From contig OY761158.1 of NCBI GenBank assembly GCA_963664405.1, positions 1,280,001 to 1,344,000 of the forward strand: 64,000 nt of DNA, in the 5' to 3' direction. The notes under the pieces are model-generated. The model ran no database searches. It was given only the letters and a program-made list of their open reading frames with translations, and was not told where the DNA came from. The stretch's first letter is position 1, and each line of letters opens with the position of its first letter. Source of the DNA: Thermoanaerobaculia bacterium. Its GTDB lineage: Bacteria > Acidobacteriota > Thermoanaerobaculia > Multivoradales > Multivoraceae. The position numbers were made by a program, and so were the translations under genes. This document shows positions 49,636-60,442 of this stretch, piece by piece.

Positions 49636-50607
49636 TCAGCCGGTGCCATCGGGAACCCGACTCTCTTCTCCTACCGGGCCCCAACTCGGGTCTCTGGTCC
49701 TCTCGCTCCAGGAAATGAGCGCCCGACGTGGCCAGACCGCCAGATGTACATCCGGTCGGTAAGTGCCTTCCTGGTACAGCCTACGCCTCGTTCCCGACTT
49801 GAGGGTAGCCAGGTGATCCATGAGCGCGTCGCGGCGGACAAAGAACGTTGCGCCTCCATTCTCCGAAGGGAGCTGGCGGACGAAAGCAATCCGAGGACTG
49901 ATTCGCGGGATCTCAGGATCCACCTGCCAAGATTCACCGTCCAACGCCTTCAGACTCGAATTGAGAGCAAGCAGATCCGCAGCACGGTGGTGGGTGAGGT
50001 GCCACTCTTCCTCATCCAAGCGGCGAAGAACGAGACTATGCTCATGCCCCCTCACCAGCGGACCCCAGCCGTGCATCCGAAAGACGATAAAGGCCAGGCC
50101 GCGGATTCGTTGGCGGGGAGCGCCCCCGAGAACCGCAGACACGTGGGTGCGGGGTAGCCTTTCGGCGTAAAGCCCACCGAGGGGAAGGAGCTTCCAGCTG
50201 ACGATGGAAAGCTCCTTGAGAAAGTCGTCGTTCGACAGGCGGTAGAAGTCGTCGTCGCGCTCTTCCAGCTCGGCCAGGATCCGTCTCAGCTCCTGGTGTT
50301 GAAGGGCCAGGACGCTGCGCGGGACCCTGAGGCGACAGTCGACGAGATCTACGTCTCGCAACAATCGGGTCAATGCGTGGCGATTGAAGGCGGCCTCCCT
50401 CGCCGGGGAGCCCTCTATGAGCGCTCGACTCGCCCTCTCCAGCTCTGGCGGAACTTCGCGGTAACGGGTCTCGAGGGGCCGACGCATCAACTCAACGTAT
50501 GCGTCGAGGGTGGGCACCTCCCCAACAGGGCCGCTGATCGTCTCCGCACGCCGCCGTGATTCCTCGGCAAGGAATCCCGCCCGTTGCTTCGACTCGTCAG
50601 ATAGCAC
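49636..50607 (-). CDS. Hypothetical protein (possibly GNAT-like fold)
   Basis: 323-aa ORF co-oriented with and immediately downstream of the carboxylase. Confidence 0.6.
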   Translation of the reverse strand: MLSDESKQRAGFLAEESRRRAETISGPVGEVPTLDAYVELMRRPLETRYREVPPELERASRALIEGSPAREAAFNRHALTRLLRDVDLVDCRLRVPRSVLALQHQELRRILAELEERDDDFYRLSNDDFLKELSIVSWKLLPLGGLYAERLPRTHVSAVLGGAPRQRIRGLAFIVFRMHGWGPLVRGHEHSLVLRRLDEEEWHLTHHRAADLLALNSSLKALDGESWQVDPEIPRISPRIAFVRQLPSENGGATFFVRRDALMDHLATLKSGTRRRLYQEGTYRPDVHLAVWPRRALISWSERTRDPSWGPVGEESRVPDGTG

Positions 50608-50619
50608 AGAGACTCACGG

Positions 50620-53600
50620 TTACCAAGTGTCTACACAGGGCCGCTTCTTTCCAGACCGAGGCCCCGGTCTCGGCGCGGCCTTCAGCGCCGTCGTGATCCA
50701 CTGCCTGGAGTCCTTGGGGTCGATCACGTCGTCGAGCTCGAAGTGCGAAGCCATGTTGACGGCCTTGCCATTCTCGTACATCTGCTCGACCCGTAGCTCA
50801 TATTCCGCCTTACGCTCTTCCGGATCTTCGATCGCGGCGAGCTCTTTGCGATAGCCGAGCTTGACCGCCCCCTCGAGGCCCATGCCGCCGAACTCACCGG
50901 TCGGCCAGGTCACGGTGAAAAGAGGCGCCTTGAAACTGCCGCCCGCCATCGCCTGGGCTCCAAGGCCATAGCCCTTGCGCAGAACGATAGTGAAAAACGG
51001 CACAGTCATACTGGCGCCAACCACGAACATCCGCCCGGCGTGGCGCACCAGGGCCTCTTTCTCGATCTCCGGACCGACCATGATCCCCGGACAATCGCAG
51101 AGCATGAGCACGGGGATATCGAAGGCGTCGCAGAGCTGCATGAAGCGCGCTCCTTTGTCGGCGCCATCGGAATCGATGGCGCCGGAGAGGTGCGCCGGAT
51201 TGTTGGCGACGACTCCGACCGGGCGGCCTTCGATACGGATGAGAGAGGTGATGATGCCGTGACCCCATTGCTCCCTGAGCTCGAGCACCGAGTCGTTGTC
51301 TGCCATGGTCTCGATGACTTTGCGCACGTCGTAGACGCGGAGTCGATTCTCCGGGATGCAGCTGCGTAACAACCGCTGGTCGGGGCACTCCCAGTCTTCG
51401 AGGCGGCCCTGGAAGTAGGACAGGTACTTCTTCGCCACCTGACAGGCCTCTTGTTCATCTCTGACCAGGATGTCGACGACCCCATTGGGGACCTGGACAT
51501 CCATCGGGCCCACTTCTTCCGGCTTGAAGATACCGAGCCCGCCTCCTTCGATCATCGCGGGGCCGCCGATGCCGATGTTCGAGCCCTCGGTGGCGATGAT
51601 GACATCGCACATCGACAGTAAGACCGCGTTGCCGGCAAAGCAGCGGCCGTTGGTGACGCCCACCATCGGCACCAGACCCGAAAGACGAGCGAAGTAGGTG
51701 AAGGCCAGACAATCGAGGCCGGCTACGCCGGAGCCGTCAGTATCCCCGGGGCGACCTCCACCACCTTCGGCGAAGAGCACGACCGGTAGCTGCCAATCCT
51801 TGGCGATCTCGAACATCCGATCCTTCTTCGCATGGTTCTTCATGCCCTGTGTGCCGGCAAGCACCATGTAGTCGTAGGACATGAACATGCACTGCGGATC
51901 GTCGTCGAAAAGATCGCCGTTGACGGTGCCGATGCCGCACACGATGCCGTCTCCCGGCGTATTGGCAATGAGATCCTCCATGTCGCGACGGCGCCGCTGC
52001 GCAGCAATGACGACGGGACCGTATTCGACGAAGGTGCCCTCGTCGACGATGTCGGCGAGGTTCTCCCGAGCGGTGCGGTGACCGCGACCGTGGCGTCTGG
52101 CAACCGCGGCGTCGCGACGGTGATCGAGCCCCGCCTCGTGCCGATCGATCGCCTCGGCGAGATCAGGCCGCACATGGTCGAGGTCGACCTCGACCGCCCC
52201 ACCGTCGACTGCAATGTCGACTGTCCCTTCCTCGATCATCACCAAGGGATGGTCTTCGAATACTGCATCGCCGGAATTCACGTCGATCCGAGTCACGACC
52301 CCAGAGACCGGGGCCGCGATGACATGCTCCATCTTCATCGCATCCATCACCAACAGCTCAGCCCCTGCCGCGATCTCCTGGCCCTCCGCCACCGCAATAC
52401 TCAGGATCGTACCTTGCAGCGGCGCCCGCACCTCGGCGAATCCCTCCTGTACTTCCGAGGGCGGTGGGCTCGGCCGTTGGCCGCTCTGCGGAACATCGTC
52501 GATCTGACCGTGATCGAGAACCGCGAGCGGATCGATCGCGTCGATCTTGGCCCCCGCCAATCCACGGCCGGTGCGGGCGTCCTCGAAGAAGCGCTTCTCG
52601 TGGCTCACCTCCTCCACCAGCTCGCTGACGTTGTGGTCGACGAAGCGGGTAGAGACGTCGTTTGAACGAACGCGCGGGTCGCGCAGCAGCGCCTGCAGAA
52701 AGGGGATGTTGGTCTCGACTCCCTCTACCTTGAACTCACACAGCGCCGCGTAAGCACGATCGAGCACTTCCGCATAGGCGCCTCCGGCCGAAGAGGCGAT
52801 GACCTTCGCCAGCAGCGAGTCGAAGCTGGGGTTGGTGGTGTAGCCCACATAACCGTAGGTATCGACTCGTACCCCCGGACCGGACGGAAGCTCGAAAGCG
52901 CTGAGGGTGCCGCCCGAGGGCTTGACCATCCCATCGGCCATCATCGTTTCCATGTTCACTCGAGCTTGAACCGCGAAGCCGCGAGGGGCGGGGATCTCGT
53001 CCTGGGCCAGTCCGAGCTCGTCGAGGGTCGCTCCACCGGCCAGACGAAGCTGAGCCTTGACCAGATCTATGCCAGTCACCTCCTCCGTGACCGTGTGCTC
53101 GACCTGTAGGCGCGCGTTGGCCTCGATGAAGGCGAAGTGGTCGTCCCCGTCGACGAGGAATTCGAAGGTACCGAGACTACGGTAGTCGGAAGCGGCCGCG
53201 AGCAACACTGCCGCATCAGCGATGGCGTCGCGCACCTTTGCTGTGAGAGTGGGACTCGGCGCGATCTCGATGAGTTTCTGATTGCGCCTCTGGATCGTGC
53301 ACTCGCGCTCGAAGAGGTGACTGACGGCGCCGCTGCCGTCGCCGATGATCTGGATCTCGATGTGCCTTGCCGGCGATAGAAGCTCCTCGACGTAGAGATC
53401 GCCACTGCCGAATGCGGCCGCCGCCTCCGATCGAGCCCTCGCGTAGGCATCGTCCAGCTCGGTCGCGTCGTCGACGATCCGCATCCCACGGCCGCCGCCG
53501 CCGGCGACCGCCTTGACCACGACCGACTTGTCGGGCCGTTCCGCCATGAACGCTCTCACTTCTTCGAGCGTGCTCGCGCTGGACCTTCCGGCAACCACCG

Positions 53601-53985
53601 GAACGCCGTTCGCCTCGGCCGCCGATCGCGCTCGACCCTTGTCACCGAACAGCGACAGCGTTTCGGGCGACGGCCCAACGAAAGTCATGCCAGCCGCTTC
53701 GGCAGCCGCCGCAAGTTCTTGACTCTCCGCCAGGAATCCGTAACCCGGATGGATGCCGTCACACCCGGCAGTCTTGGCGGTGTCGATGATCGCATCAACG
53801 TCGAGGTAGGCGGCAACACCGCGACCAGGCAGCTCGACCGCCTCATCCGTTCTGCGAAGGTGTAGCGACCTCGCGTCGTCGCCGGAATAGATCGCTACGC
53901 TCGTAGTGCCGAGCTCTCGCGCCGCCCGCGCGATGCGCACTGCTATCTCGCCGCGGTTGGCGATCATTAGCCTGGTGATGGTCAT
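50620..53985 (-). CDS. Single-chain acyl-CoA carboxylase (BC-BCCP-CT fusion)
   Basis: ANRGEIA, HPGYGFL, RLQVEH, AMKM biotin site, carboxyltransferase domain. Confidence 0.95.
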   Translation of the reverse strand: MTITRLMIANRGEIAVRIARAARELGTTSVAIYSGDDARSLHLRRTDEAVELPGRGVAAYLDVDAIIDTAKTAGCDGIHPGYGFLAESQELAAAAEAAGMTFVGPSPETLSLFGDKGRARSAAEANGVPVVAGRSSASTLEEVRAFMAERPDKSVVVKAVAGGGGRGMRIVDDATELDDAYARARSEAAAAFGSGDLYVEELLSPARHIEIQIIGDGSGAVSHLFERECTIQRRNQKLIEIAPSPTLTAKVRDAIADAAVLLAAASDYRSLGTFEFLVDGDDHFAFIEANARLQVEHTVTEEVTGIDLVKAQLRLAGGATLDELGLAQDEIPAPRGFAVQARVNMETMMADGMVKPSGGTLSAFELPSGPGVRVDTYGYVGYTTNPSFDSLLAKVIASSAGGAYAEVLDRAYAALCEFKVEGVETNIPFLQALLRDPRVRSNDVSTRFVDHNVSELVEEVSHEKRFFEDARTGRGLAGAKIDAIDPLAVLDHGQIDDVPQSGQRPSPPPSEVQEGFAEVRAPLQGTILSIAVAEGQEIAAGAELLVMDAMKMEHVIAAPVSGVVTRIDVNSGDAVFEDHPLVMIEEGTVDIAVDGGAVEVDLDHVRPDLAEAIDRHEAGLDHRRDAAVARRHGRGHRTARENLADIVDEGTFVEYGPVVIAAQRRRRDMEDLIANTPGDGIVCGIGTVNGDLFDDDPQCMFMSYDYMVLAGTQGMKNHAKKDRMFEIAKDWQLPVVLFAEGGGGRPGDTDGSGVAGLDCLAFTYFARLSGLVPMVGVTNGRCFAGNAVLLSMCDVIIATEGSNIGIGGPAMIEGGGLGIFKPEEVGPMDVQVPNGVVDILVRDEQEACQVAKKYLSYFQGRLEDWECPDQRLLRSCIPENRLRVYDVRKVIETMADNDSVLELREQWGHGIITSLIRIEGRPVGVVANNPAHLSGAIDSDGADKGARFMQLCDAFDIPVLMLCDCPGIMVGPEIEKEALVRHAGRMFVVGASMTVPFFTIVLRKGYGLGAQAMAGGSFKAPLFTVTWPTGEFGGMGLEGAVKLGYRKELAAIEDPEERKAEYELRVEQMYENGKAVNMASHFELDDVIDPKDSRQWITTALKAAPRPGPRSGKKRPCVDTW

Positions 53986-54000
53986 ACCTCGATGTTCCTC

Positions 54001-54438
54001 TTAGTGGCTCGGGCGTAACGGGTGCTGCCAGCGGAGGCTGGGAAAGCGATCGAAATCGGCGTCTGTGGTCACCAGGGTGCAGCCATGCTCGATTGCAACC
54101 GCGGCGTGCTGTGCGTCAGCGACGAGCCTGCCGGCGGCCGAGGCTTGCCGGCAGAGCTCTTCGAAGATCGAGAGATGATCCGGGCCCGGACCGACGATGC
54201 GAGCCTGAGGCCGCATCAACTCGCCAACGAAGCCCCAGGCCTGGTCGAGCGTCGAGGGGGTGCGAAACACCCTCGGATTCGTAACGATCCGAACCACACC
54301 CGCGAGAGCCAGGACCGATAGAGCGAAAGGCTCACGCCCAGTGGCTAGATCGGTCAACCATTGCGCGTACTGAGAGTGCTCGGCTGTCGAGTCCTCACGA
54401 TGAGCGTAGATCAATACATTCACGTCGGGGAGGAGCAT
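54001..54438 (-). CDS. vapC: VapC PIN-domain toxin
   Basis: PDVNVLIYA, DAQHAAVAIEH, TDADF. Confidence 0.92.
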   Translation of the reverse strand: MLLPDVNVLIYAHREDSTAEHSQYAQWLTDLATGREPFALSVLALAGVVRIVTNPRVFRTPSTLDQAWGFVGELMRPQARIVGPGPDHLSIFEELCRQASAAGRLVADAQHAAVAIEHGCTLVTTDADFDRFPSLRWQHPLRPSH

Positions 54439-54701
54439 CAGCTGTCGTCGCTCCGCGATCCATGGCGCTCTTCGTCCTCGGCGACAAGCAGCGAGCGCGG
54501 CCGATCGAGATCGACTCCGGAGTAGATTCCCTCGCCACCAACCGTCACCAGCCTGAACGGGGGGGCGGGCTGTACGTCCGGGCGCTTCAAGGCGTCATCA
54601 ACGATGCGGGCGATGAACGCGCTAACGCTGACGCCCTCCTCGGCGGCTCTTCTTCGAAGGCGCTCGGCGAGTCGATCCTCGAGGGAGATCGAAGTTCTCA
54701 T
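54438..54701 (-). CDS. vapB: RHH/CopG antitoxin
   Basis: MRTSISLED; overlaps the vapC start. Confidence 0.85.
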   Translation of the reverse strand: MRTSISLEDRLAERLRRRAAEEGVSVSAFIARIVDDALKRPDVQPAPPFRLVTVGGEGIYSGVDLDRPRSLLVAEDEERHGSRSDDS

Positions 54702-54829
54702 ACGCAGAGCGTATCACTCATGAACATTTACGTAATCATAAATCATACTTTCATAACACAAGAAGACCCGACTATCGCCTCCGGCACCATCGCCCCAAGC
54801 TCGAGCTACCGGTACACTGCGTCCACCGT

Positions 54830-56125
54830 GTGGTTCAGGGACGGCAGCAAGTGATACAGCGGAGAGAGTCAGAGCCGCCATCTCGCTTCTACTACGGCTG
54901 GGTAATGGTCGTAGCAGGGTTCCTGTATTACGGCTTCTCCCTGGCGCCGGCCTACAACAGCTGGGGGTTCTACGGCCCCGAGATGATCGCCGACCTGGGC
55001 CTGAGCAAAGCCCAGATCGGCAGCTGCTTCGGGCTCTTCGGCCTCCTCTACAGCCTTGCGGCTCCGGTCTCGGCGTTTTGCATCGGGCGCTGGGGCCTGC
55101 GACGGACGATGAGTCTCGGCTCGCTGGTGGCGGCGGCCGGGTTCTACCTCCTATCGAAAGCCGATTCGGTCTGGGACTGCTACATCGCATTCTCCTTGGT
55201 GGGTGGGATCGGAATCGGCCTCTCGTCGCAGCTGCCGTCCCAGACCATCGCTTCTCTGTGGTTTCGAAAGTACCGAGCGCGGGCGATGGCCATCATCATC
55301 GCCGGCGGCGGTGTCGTCGGCGTGGTGGTCCCCTATTTCAATCGCTGGACGTTGGAGCACGCCAGCTGGAGGGACGGCTGGGAGATCATCGCGCTGACCT
55401 CGGTGGCGGCAGGAGCGTTCGCTGCGCTGGTGATACGCGACCGGCCAGAGAGCCTAGGGCTGGAAGTTGACGGAAACGCGCGAGCGCCCCACCAACCTGC
55501 AATCGTCGAGAGAGTGGTCGAGCCGCCCCAGCAGCGACCTCGGCTGACAGCGTCTGAAGCTATCCGCACTCCCCAGTTCTTTCTCATCACCCTGGCCGCC
55601 ATCGGGGCTTCCGCACCCTGGACCGCCTTCAGCGCCCACGGTTCCATCCATCTCGAATTGATGGGCTTCGGGTTACTGGTCAGAGCCAACCTCTGGGCAC
55701 TGCGAAGCTTCACCTCCACCTGGGGCCGCTTTCTGGCCACTGTCGCCGACTTCGTGAGACCCCCGGTCGTCCTTGCGTTCGCCTTGGTGCTGCAGGGAGT
55801 CGGGATCGCCGGCCTGGCCTTCGCGGACACCCAGTTCCTCGCCTACACCTTCATGATCATTTTCACACTGGGCTTCGGCATCGCGCTGCTCTCGGTACCG
55901 TTGGTCTTCGCGCACTTCTTCGGCGCCGAGGCCTTCGCCGCCACCCAGGGGACCAGCCGCGCCATCGTAGGCTTCGCCAGATACATCTCCCCCACCCTGA
56001 CCGGCTATCTCGCCGACCGGACGGGTTCGTACCTGGTGCCTTTTCTCGGGCTGGCGTTGATTTCGGTCGGGGCCGCTGTTGTTGCGCTAATGTGCCCGGC
56101 GCCCGGAGGGGAAGTGAAGAAGTGA
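54830..56125 (+). CDS. MFS transporter (start uncertain)
   Basis: About 12 TM segments, FYYGWVMV, GRWGLRR. Confidence 0.92.
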   Translation: MVQGRQQVIQRRESEPPSRFYYGWVMVVAGFLYYGFSLAPAYNSWGFYGPEMIADLGLSKAQIGSCFGLFGLLYSLAAPVSAFCIGRWGLRRTMSLGSLVAAAGFYLLSKADSVWDCYIAFSLVGGIGIGLSSQLPSQTIASLWFRKYRARAMAIIIAGGGVVGVVVPYFNRWTLEHASWRDGWEIIALTSVAAGAFAALVIRDRPESLGLEVDGNARAPHQPAIVERVVEPPQQRPRLTASEAIRTPQFFLITLAAIGASAPWTAFSAHGSIHLELMGFGLLVRANLWALRSFTSTWGRFLATVADFVRPPVVLAFALVLQGVGIAGLAFADTQFLAYTFMIIFTLGFGIALLSVPLVFAHFFGAEAFAATQGTSRAIVGFARYISPTLTGYLADRTGSYLVPFLGLALISVGAAVVALMCPAPGGEVKK

Positions 56126-56356
56126 AGAAGTGAAAGAGTGAAAGAGTGAAAGAGGAGAAGCTGTTTGGCAGGGTCAGATCCGCGAGACTGCCATCCACAT
56201 CTACTCGAAGCTTCCCTAGCCGATCTCTTAGTTCCTACGCCCCCGCCTAGTCCCCACTACTTCCCATCATCGCTCGTCGACTCTCTTTACTCTTTCACTC
56301 CCTTACTCTTTCACCCCTTCACTCTTTCACTCTCTTACTCTTTCACTCTCTCACTC
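56111..56356. repeat. Inverted pair of short tandem-repeat tracts (GTGAAAGA-type at 56111-56160; TCTTTCAC-type at 56281-56356)
   Basis: Seen directly; the two tracts are mutually complementary. Confidence 0.88.
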
Positions 56357-56377
56357 CTCCCCGCGAGCCACATACCT

Positions 56378-57865
56378 ATGCAACAAATCAATCACTTCAT
56401 CAACGCGAAACACGTCACAGGCGATTCCCCCCGCACCAGTCCGGTCTATAACCCGGCCACCGGCGAACAGACGGCGGAGCTCTCACTGGCTTCGATCGAG
56501 GAGGTCGACGCGGCGGTCGAGTCGTCTCGCAAAGCTTTCGAGTCGTGGCGGCGCACCAGCCTTGCTCGGCGGACGAAACTGATGTTTGCCTTTCGCAATC
56601 TGGTCGAGAAGAATATCGACGAGATCGCCGCGCGACTGACCGCCGAGCACGGCAAGGTTCTCGGCGACGCAGCCGGCGAGGTCGCTCGTGGGGTCGAGAA
56701 CATCGAGTACGCCTGCGGGATCGCCGAGCTCCTCAAAGGCAGCTACAGCGAGGCGGCTTCGACCGGGATCGATGTGATCTCGGTGCGGCAGCCCCTCGGC
56801 GTCGTCGCCGGCATCACCCCTTTCAACTTTCCGGCGATGGTGCCGCTGTGGATGTTGCCGAACGCAGTGGCCTGTGGCAACACCTTCGTGCTCAAGCCAT
56901 CGGAGAAGGACCCTTCGGCTCCTCTCTTGCTCGCCGAGCTCTTTACCGAGGCCGGCTTTCCAGCCGGAGTTCTCAACGTGGTCAACGGCGACAAGGTCGC
57001 GGTCGATCGATTGCTCGAGCATCCCGATGTGCAGGCAGTCAGCTTCGTCGGCTCGACCCCGATCGCTCGCTATGTGCACACGACCGCCACCGCCGCAGGC
57101 AAACGCGTGCAGGCACTCGGTGGCGCCAAGAACCACATGATCGTTCTACCCGACGCCGATATCGACCTCGCCGCCGACGCGGCTGTCTCAGCAGGTTACG
57201 GCTCCGCCGGGGAGCGCTGTATGGCCATCTCGGTGGTGGTCGCGGTCGGAGCCAGCGGAGAGCCCCTCATCGAAGCGATCCGTGACCGTGTACCCAAGCT
57301 GAAGATCGGCCCGGGAGACGACCCGAGCTCCGAGATGGGGCCGCTCATCACCCGAGAGCATCGAGAGCGTGTAGCCGCCTACGTGGGCGCGGGTGCCGAC
57401 GCCGGGGCGGAGGTCGTCGTCGATGGTCGGGAGACCAGCTTCGAGGGTAAGGGTTTCTTTCTCGGCGCTTCTCTGCTCGACCGAGTCACTCCCGAGATGT
57501 CGGTTTACACCGATGAGATCTTCGGACCCGTCCTCAGCGTCGTACGAGTCGACACCTACCCGGAGGCGATCGATCTCCTCAACGCCAACCCCTACGGCAA
57601 CGGGACCGCGCTCTTCACCCGTGACGGCGGCGCCGCGCGCCGCTTCCAGGAAGATGCCGAGGTCGGCATGGTCGGCATCAACGTGCCGATCCCGGTACCC
57701 GTCGGCTACCACTCTTTCGGCGGATGGAAAGACTCTCTCTTCGGTGACGCCCATATGTACGGTCCGGAAGGTGTCCGTTTCTACACCCGGGCCAAGACGC
57801 TCACGATTCGCTGGCCGGACCCCGCAAGCAGCAAGGTCGACCTGGGCTTTCCGCAGAACCGGTAG
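56378..57865 (+). CDS. mmsA: CoA-acylating methylmalonate-semialdehyde dehydrogenase
   Basis: ITPFNFPAM, KPSEKDP, GGAKNH, GERCMA, EIFGPV. Confidence 0.95.
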   Translation: MQQINHFINAKHVTGDSPRTSPVYNPATGEQTAELSLASIEEVDAAVESSRKAFESWRRTSLARRTKLMFAFRNLVEKNIDEIAARLTAEHGKVLGDAAGEVARGVENIEYACGIAELLKGSYSEAASTGIDVISVRQPLGVVAGITPFNFPAMVPLWMLPNAVACGNTFVLKPSEKDPSAPLLLAELFTEAGFPAGVLNVVNGDKVAVDRLLEHPDVQAVSFVGSTPIARYVHTTATAAGKRVQALGGAKNHMIVLPDADIDLAADAAVSAGYGSAGERCMAISVVVAVGASGEPLIEAIRDRVPKLKIGPGDDPSSEMGPLITREHRERVAAYVGAGADAGAEVVVDGRETSFEGKGFFLGASLLDRVTPEMSVYTDEIFGPVLSVVRVDTYPEAIDLLNANPYGNGTALFTRDGGAARRFQEDAEVGMVGINVPIPVPVGYHSFGGWKDSLFGDAHMYGPEGVRFYTRAKTLTIRWPDPASSKVDLGFPQNR

Positions 57866-57870
57866 CCTAC

Positions 57871-57927
57871 GGAAGTGATCGGTATCACTTCCTCCGGCTA
57901 CATCACATGGCGCCGAGGACGGCGCGC
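57871..57927 (+). repeat. Double-hairpin dispersed repeat, copy 2
   Basis: GGAAGTGAT-CGGT-ATCACTTCC...GCGCCG-AGGA-CGGCGC. Confidence 0.8.
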
Positions 57928-57937
57928 CCTCGACTCA

Positions 57938-60427
57938 TCACGGCTCCGAATCCGGCGGCTCCTTCTCTTTCACCACCCCTCGGTAGGTCGCACCGGGGGG
58001 CGGCTTCTTGGCGAGGACACCCTCGGCCTCGAGAGCATCGATCTCGCCGTCGCTCAGGCCGAGGATCTCCGCGAGCACCTCGCGATTGTGCTCGCCGAGA
58101 CAGGGAGCTCCACGGCGATAGCTGGCCGGAGTGGCACTGAAGCGGATGGGCAGACCGGGGTAGCGCCGCAGGCCTACCGAGCGATGATCGGACTCCACCC
58201 AGAAATCGCCCTCCTCCAAGTGAGGGTCCTCGACCAATCGACGGGCGTCGCTCACCGTGCCTGCGATCACTCCACGGCTCTGAAGTAGCTCCATCAGCTC
58301 GTCGGCCCGGCGGCTCGAGCACCATGACGCCAACGCCGCGTCGATCTCGTCGTGGCGCTCCCAGCGAGCGCTCAGCCCCAGGTCGAAGAGCTCAGGAGCG
58401 AGGCCAGCGGCACCGCAGAGGCTCTGCCACTCTTCATCGCTGGTCACCGAGATCGCCAGCCACTGGTCTTCCCCAGCGCAGGCGTAGCAGCCCTGGGGGG
58501 CCCGATCGCTGTGTCGATTCCCCAGCCGAGGCGCCGCCTGCCCTCGCAGCTGGGCGGCGATCATCTCCTCACCGTTGAAACAGGCCATCGACTCGAACAT
58601 CGGCACCTCGACCCAACGTCCTCTGCCCAGCCGATCGCTCTCGCGATCAGCAAGCGCAAGCAGAGTGGCGCCGACCGCGTGAAGGCTGGTGACCGGGTCG
58701 GGAAAGGCGAGACCCGATCGATAGGGCCCTGAGTCCTGATAGCCCATCTGCTGCGACAACCCGGACGCAGCCTCGATCAGTGGGCCAAAGGCAAGCCAGT
58801 CACGATAGGGCCCCGACGACCCGAAACCGGGCATCGCGACATAGATGAGCCGCTCATTCAACTCATGGAGACGCTCCCAGCCAAGACCGAGCTTGGCCAT
58901 CACCCGGGGGCTGAAGTTCTCGATCACGATGTCGGCACGACGGACGAGCGCTTCGAAGAGCTCTTTCCCTTTTGCCGTGTTGAGCTCCAGAGTGAGCGCT
59001 CGCTTGTTGCGGTTCAGCTTGTTGTAGGACACCTCACGGTTGAAAGGTTCATCGCCCGGGTCGTCCTCCGGGAAGAGGTGACTGGCGCGAGCCGCTTCGG
59101 GTATTTCGTCGCCGCCGCGCGCCCAGCTGGCCTCGACCTTGATCACGTCGGCACCGAGGTCGGCCAACATGCGAGCGGCGAGCGGCCCGGCCCAGACGCG
59201 AGTCAGATCGAGGACGCGGATTCCGTCGAGGGCTCCGGCCCCATCCCGGCCCACCGGGGTCTTTCTATGACTGCCGCTCCCCTCGGCCGACTCGGCATTG
59301 GCAGCGGCGCCGCCCACGAAACGCTCGATCTCCCGGTTCGAGTCGTCTCCCAAAGTCGGTGCCATACGAAGTCGCGAAGGATGGTCTTGGATCAGAAACG
59401 GCCCCCTGGGAAGACGTACCCCACTCCCGCCCTCTCCCAAATTGCGCCAGAAGTCGCGCGCAGCGAGGTGTGGATCGTCGATTACCTCGAGCATCGAAGG
59501 TACGGGCCCAATCGGAGATCTCACGCTCTGCCCAAGCTCGACGATCTCGGCGGCGGTGTGCTCCAGCAACCACGGCTGGATCGCCCGATCGAACTCTTTC
59601 TTATGTTGACCTCGGACAAAGTCATCCGCGAAGCGAGGATCAGCGGCGACCTCGTCCAGTCCGGCTGCTCGAAGAAAAGGCTCGATCATCGACGTGATCG
59701 GCATCGCAAGATGCACATAGCCGTCTTTGCAGGCGTAGATCCCAACCGGATGCGAGTGGCCCCCTTGCGCATTTCCCACCCGCCGCAGCACGAAATCCGC
59801 CTGGGTATACATGACCGTGGTGTATTGGTGGAGACTGGCGAGGCCCTCGAAGTGAGTGACTTCCACTGTCTGGCCACAGCCACTGCGATCCCGAGCCAGC
59901 AGCGCGGCCAGGGTGCCGGCGAAGGCGTGCGCCCCGGCCTGATAGCAAGCATGCAGACCGGGCCTCTGTAGAGGCTCGCGATGCGGTTCGCCATTGAGGT
60001 AGAGGTGGCCGCCGAGAGCTTCGTCGGTGAGCTCGTTGGAGCGATAGGCAGAGTAGGGACCGGTCAGACCGAAGGGAGAGATGTAGGCCTTGACCAGCCT
60101 CGGCCGCTCCATTTCTCGGGTGACAGGGTCAAGGGGCTCGGGGGCGGAGCTCTCGAGCACAACATCCGCCGAATCCAACAGCGTTTGGAAGTCGCCTACC
60201 CCGCGGCTCTCGCTGAGATCGATTATCGTCGCTCTCTTGCTGGTATTCAGATACGCGAAGAGCGAGCCCATGCCCTGCCAGGGCTCCCCCGCGGAGCGCA
60301 GCAGGTCCCCTCCCGGTGGCTCCACGCGAAGCACCTGGGCGCCGTAGTCGGCGTAAAGCTTGCCGGCATAGGCTCCGGCCGGCGACCCGGCCAGCTCCAG
60401 CACTCGAAGCTGGGAGAAGGCTCTCAT
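57938..60427 (-). CDS. Tandem (double-domain) CaiB/BaiF family III CoA-transferase
   Basis: Two CoA_transf_3 domains: ADYGAQVLRVEPP and ADLGADVIKVE, NRNKR, ENFSP. Confidence 0.93.
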   Translation of the reverse strand: MRAFSQLRVLELAGSPAGAYAGKLYADYGAQVLRVEPPGGDLLRSAGEPWQGMGSLFAYLNTSKRATIIDLSESRGVGDFQTLLDSADVVLESSAPEPLDPVTREMERPRLVKAYISPFGLTGPYSAYRSNELTDEALGGHLYLNGEPHREPLQRPGLHACYQAGAHAFAGTLAALLARDRSGCGQTVEVTHFEGLASLHQYTTVMYTQADFVLRRVGNAQGGHSHPVGIYACKDGYVHLAMPITSMIEPFLRAAGLDEVAADPRFADDFVRGQHKKEFDRAIQPWLLEHTAAEIVELGQSVRSPIGPVPSMLEVIDDPHLAARDFWRNLGEGGSGVRLPRGPFLIQDHPSRLRMAPTLGDDSNREIERFVGGAAANAESAEGSGSHRKTPVGRDGAGALDGIRVLDLTRVWAGPLAARMLADLGADVIKVEASWARGGDEIPEAARASHLFPEDDPGDEPFNREVSYNKLNRNKRALTLELNTAKGKELFEALVRRADIVIENFSPRVMAKLGLGWERLHELNERLIYVAMPGFGSSGPYRDWLAFGPLIEAASGLSQQMGYQDSGPYRSGLAFPDPVTSLHAVGATLLALADRESDRLGRGRWVEVPMFESMACFNGEEMIAAQLRGQAAPRLGNRHSDRAPQGCYACAGEDQWLAISVTSDEEWQSLCGAAGLAPELFDLGLSARWERHDEIDAALASWCSSRRADELMELLQSRGVIAGTVSDARRLVEDPHLEEGDFWVESDHRSVGLRRYPGLPIRFSATPASYRRGAPCLGEHNREVLAEILGLSDGEIDALEAEGVLAKKPPPGATYRGVVKEKEPPDSEP

Positions 60428-60442
60428 GATTCGCGAGATTCG

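Noticed and set aside
56165-56377. N-terminal extension of the mmsA ORF
   Set aside because: It is a translation of the octamer repeat tract; family similarity begins at ATG 56378
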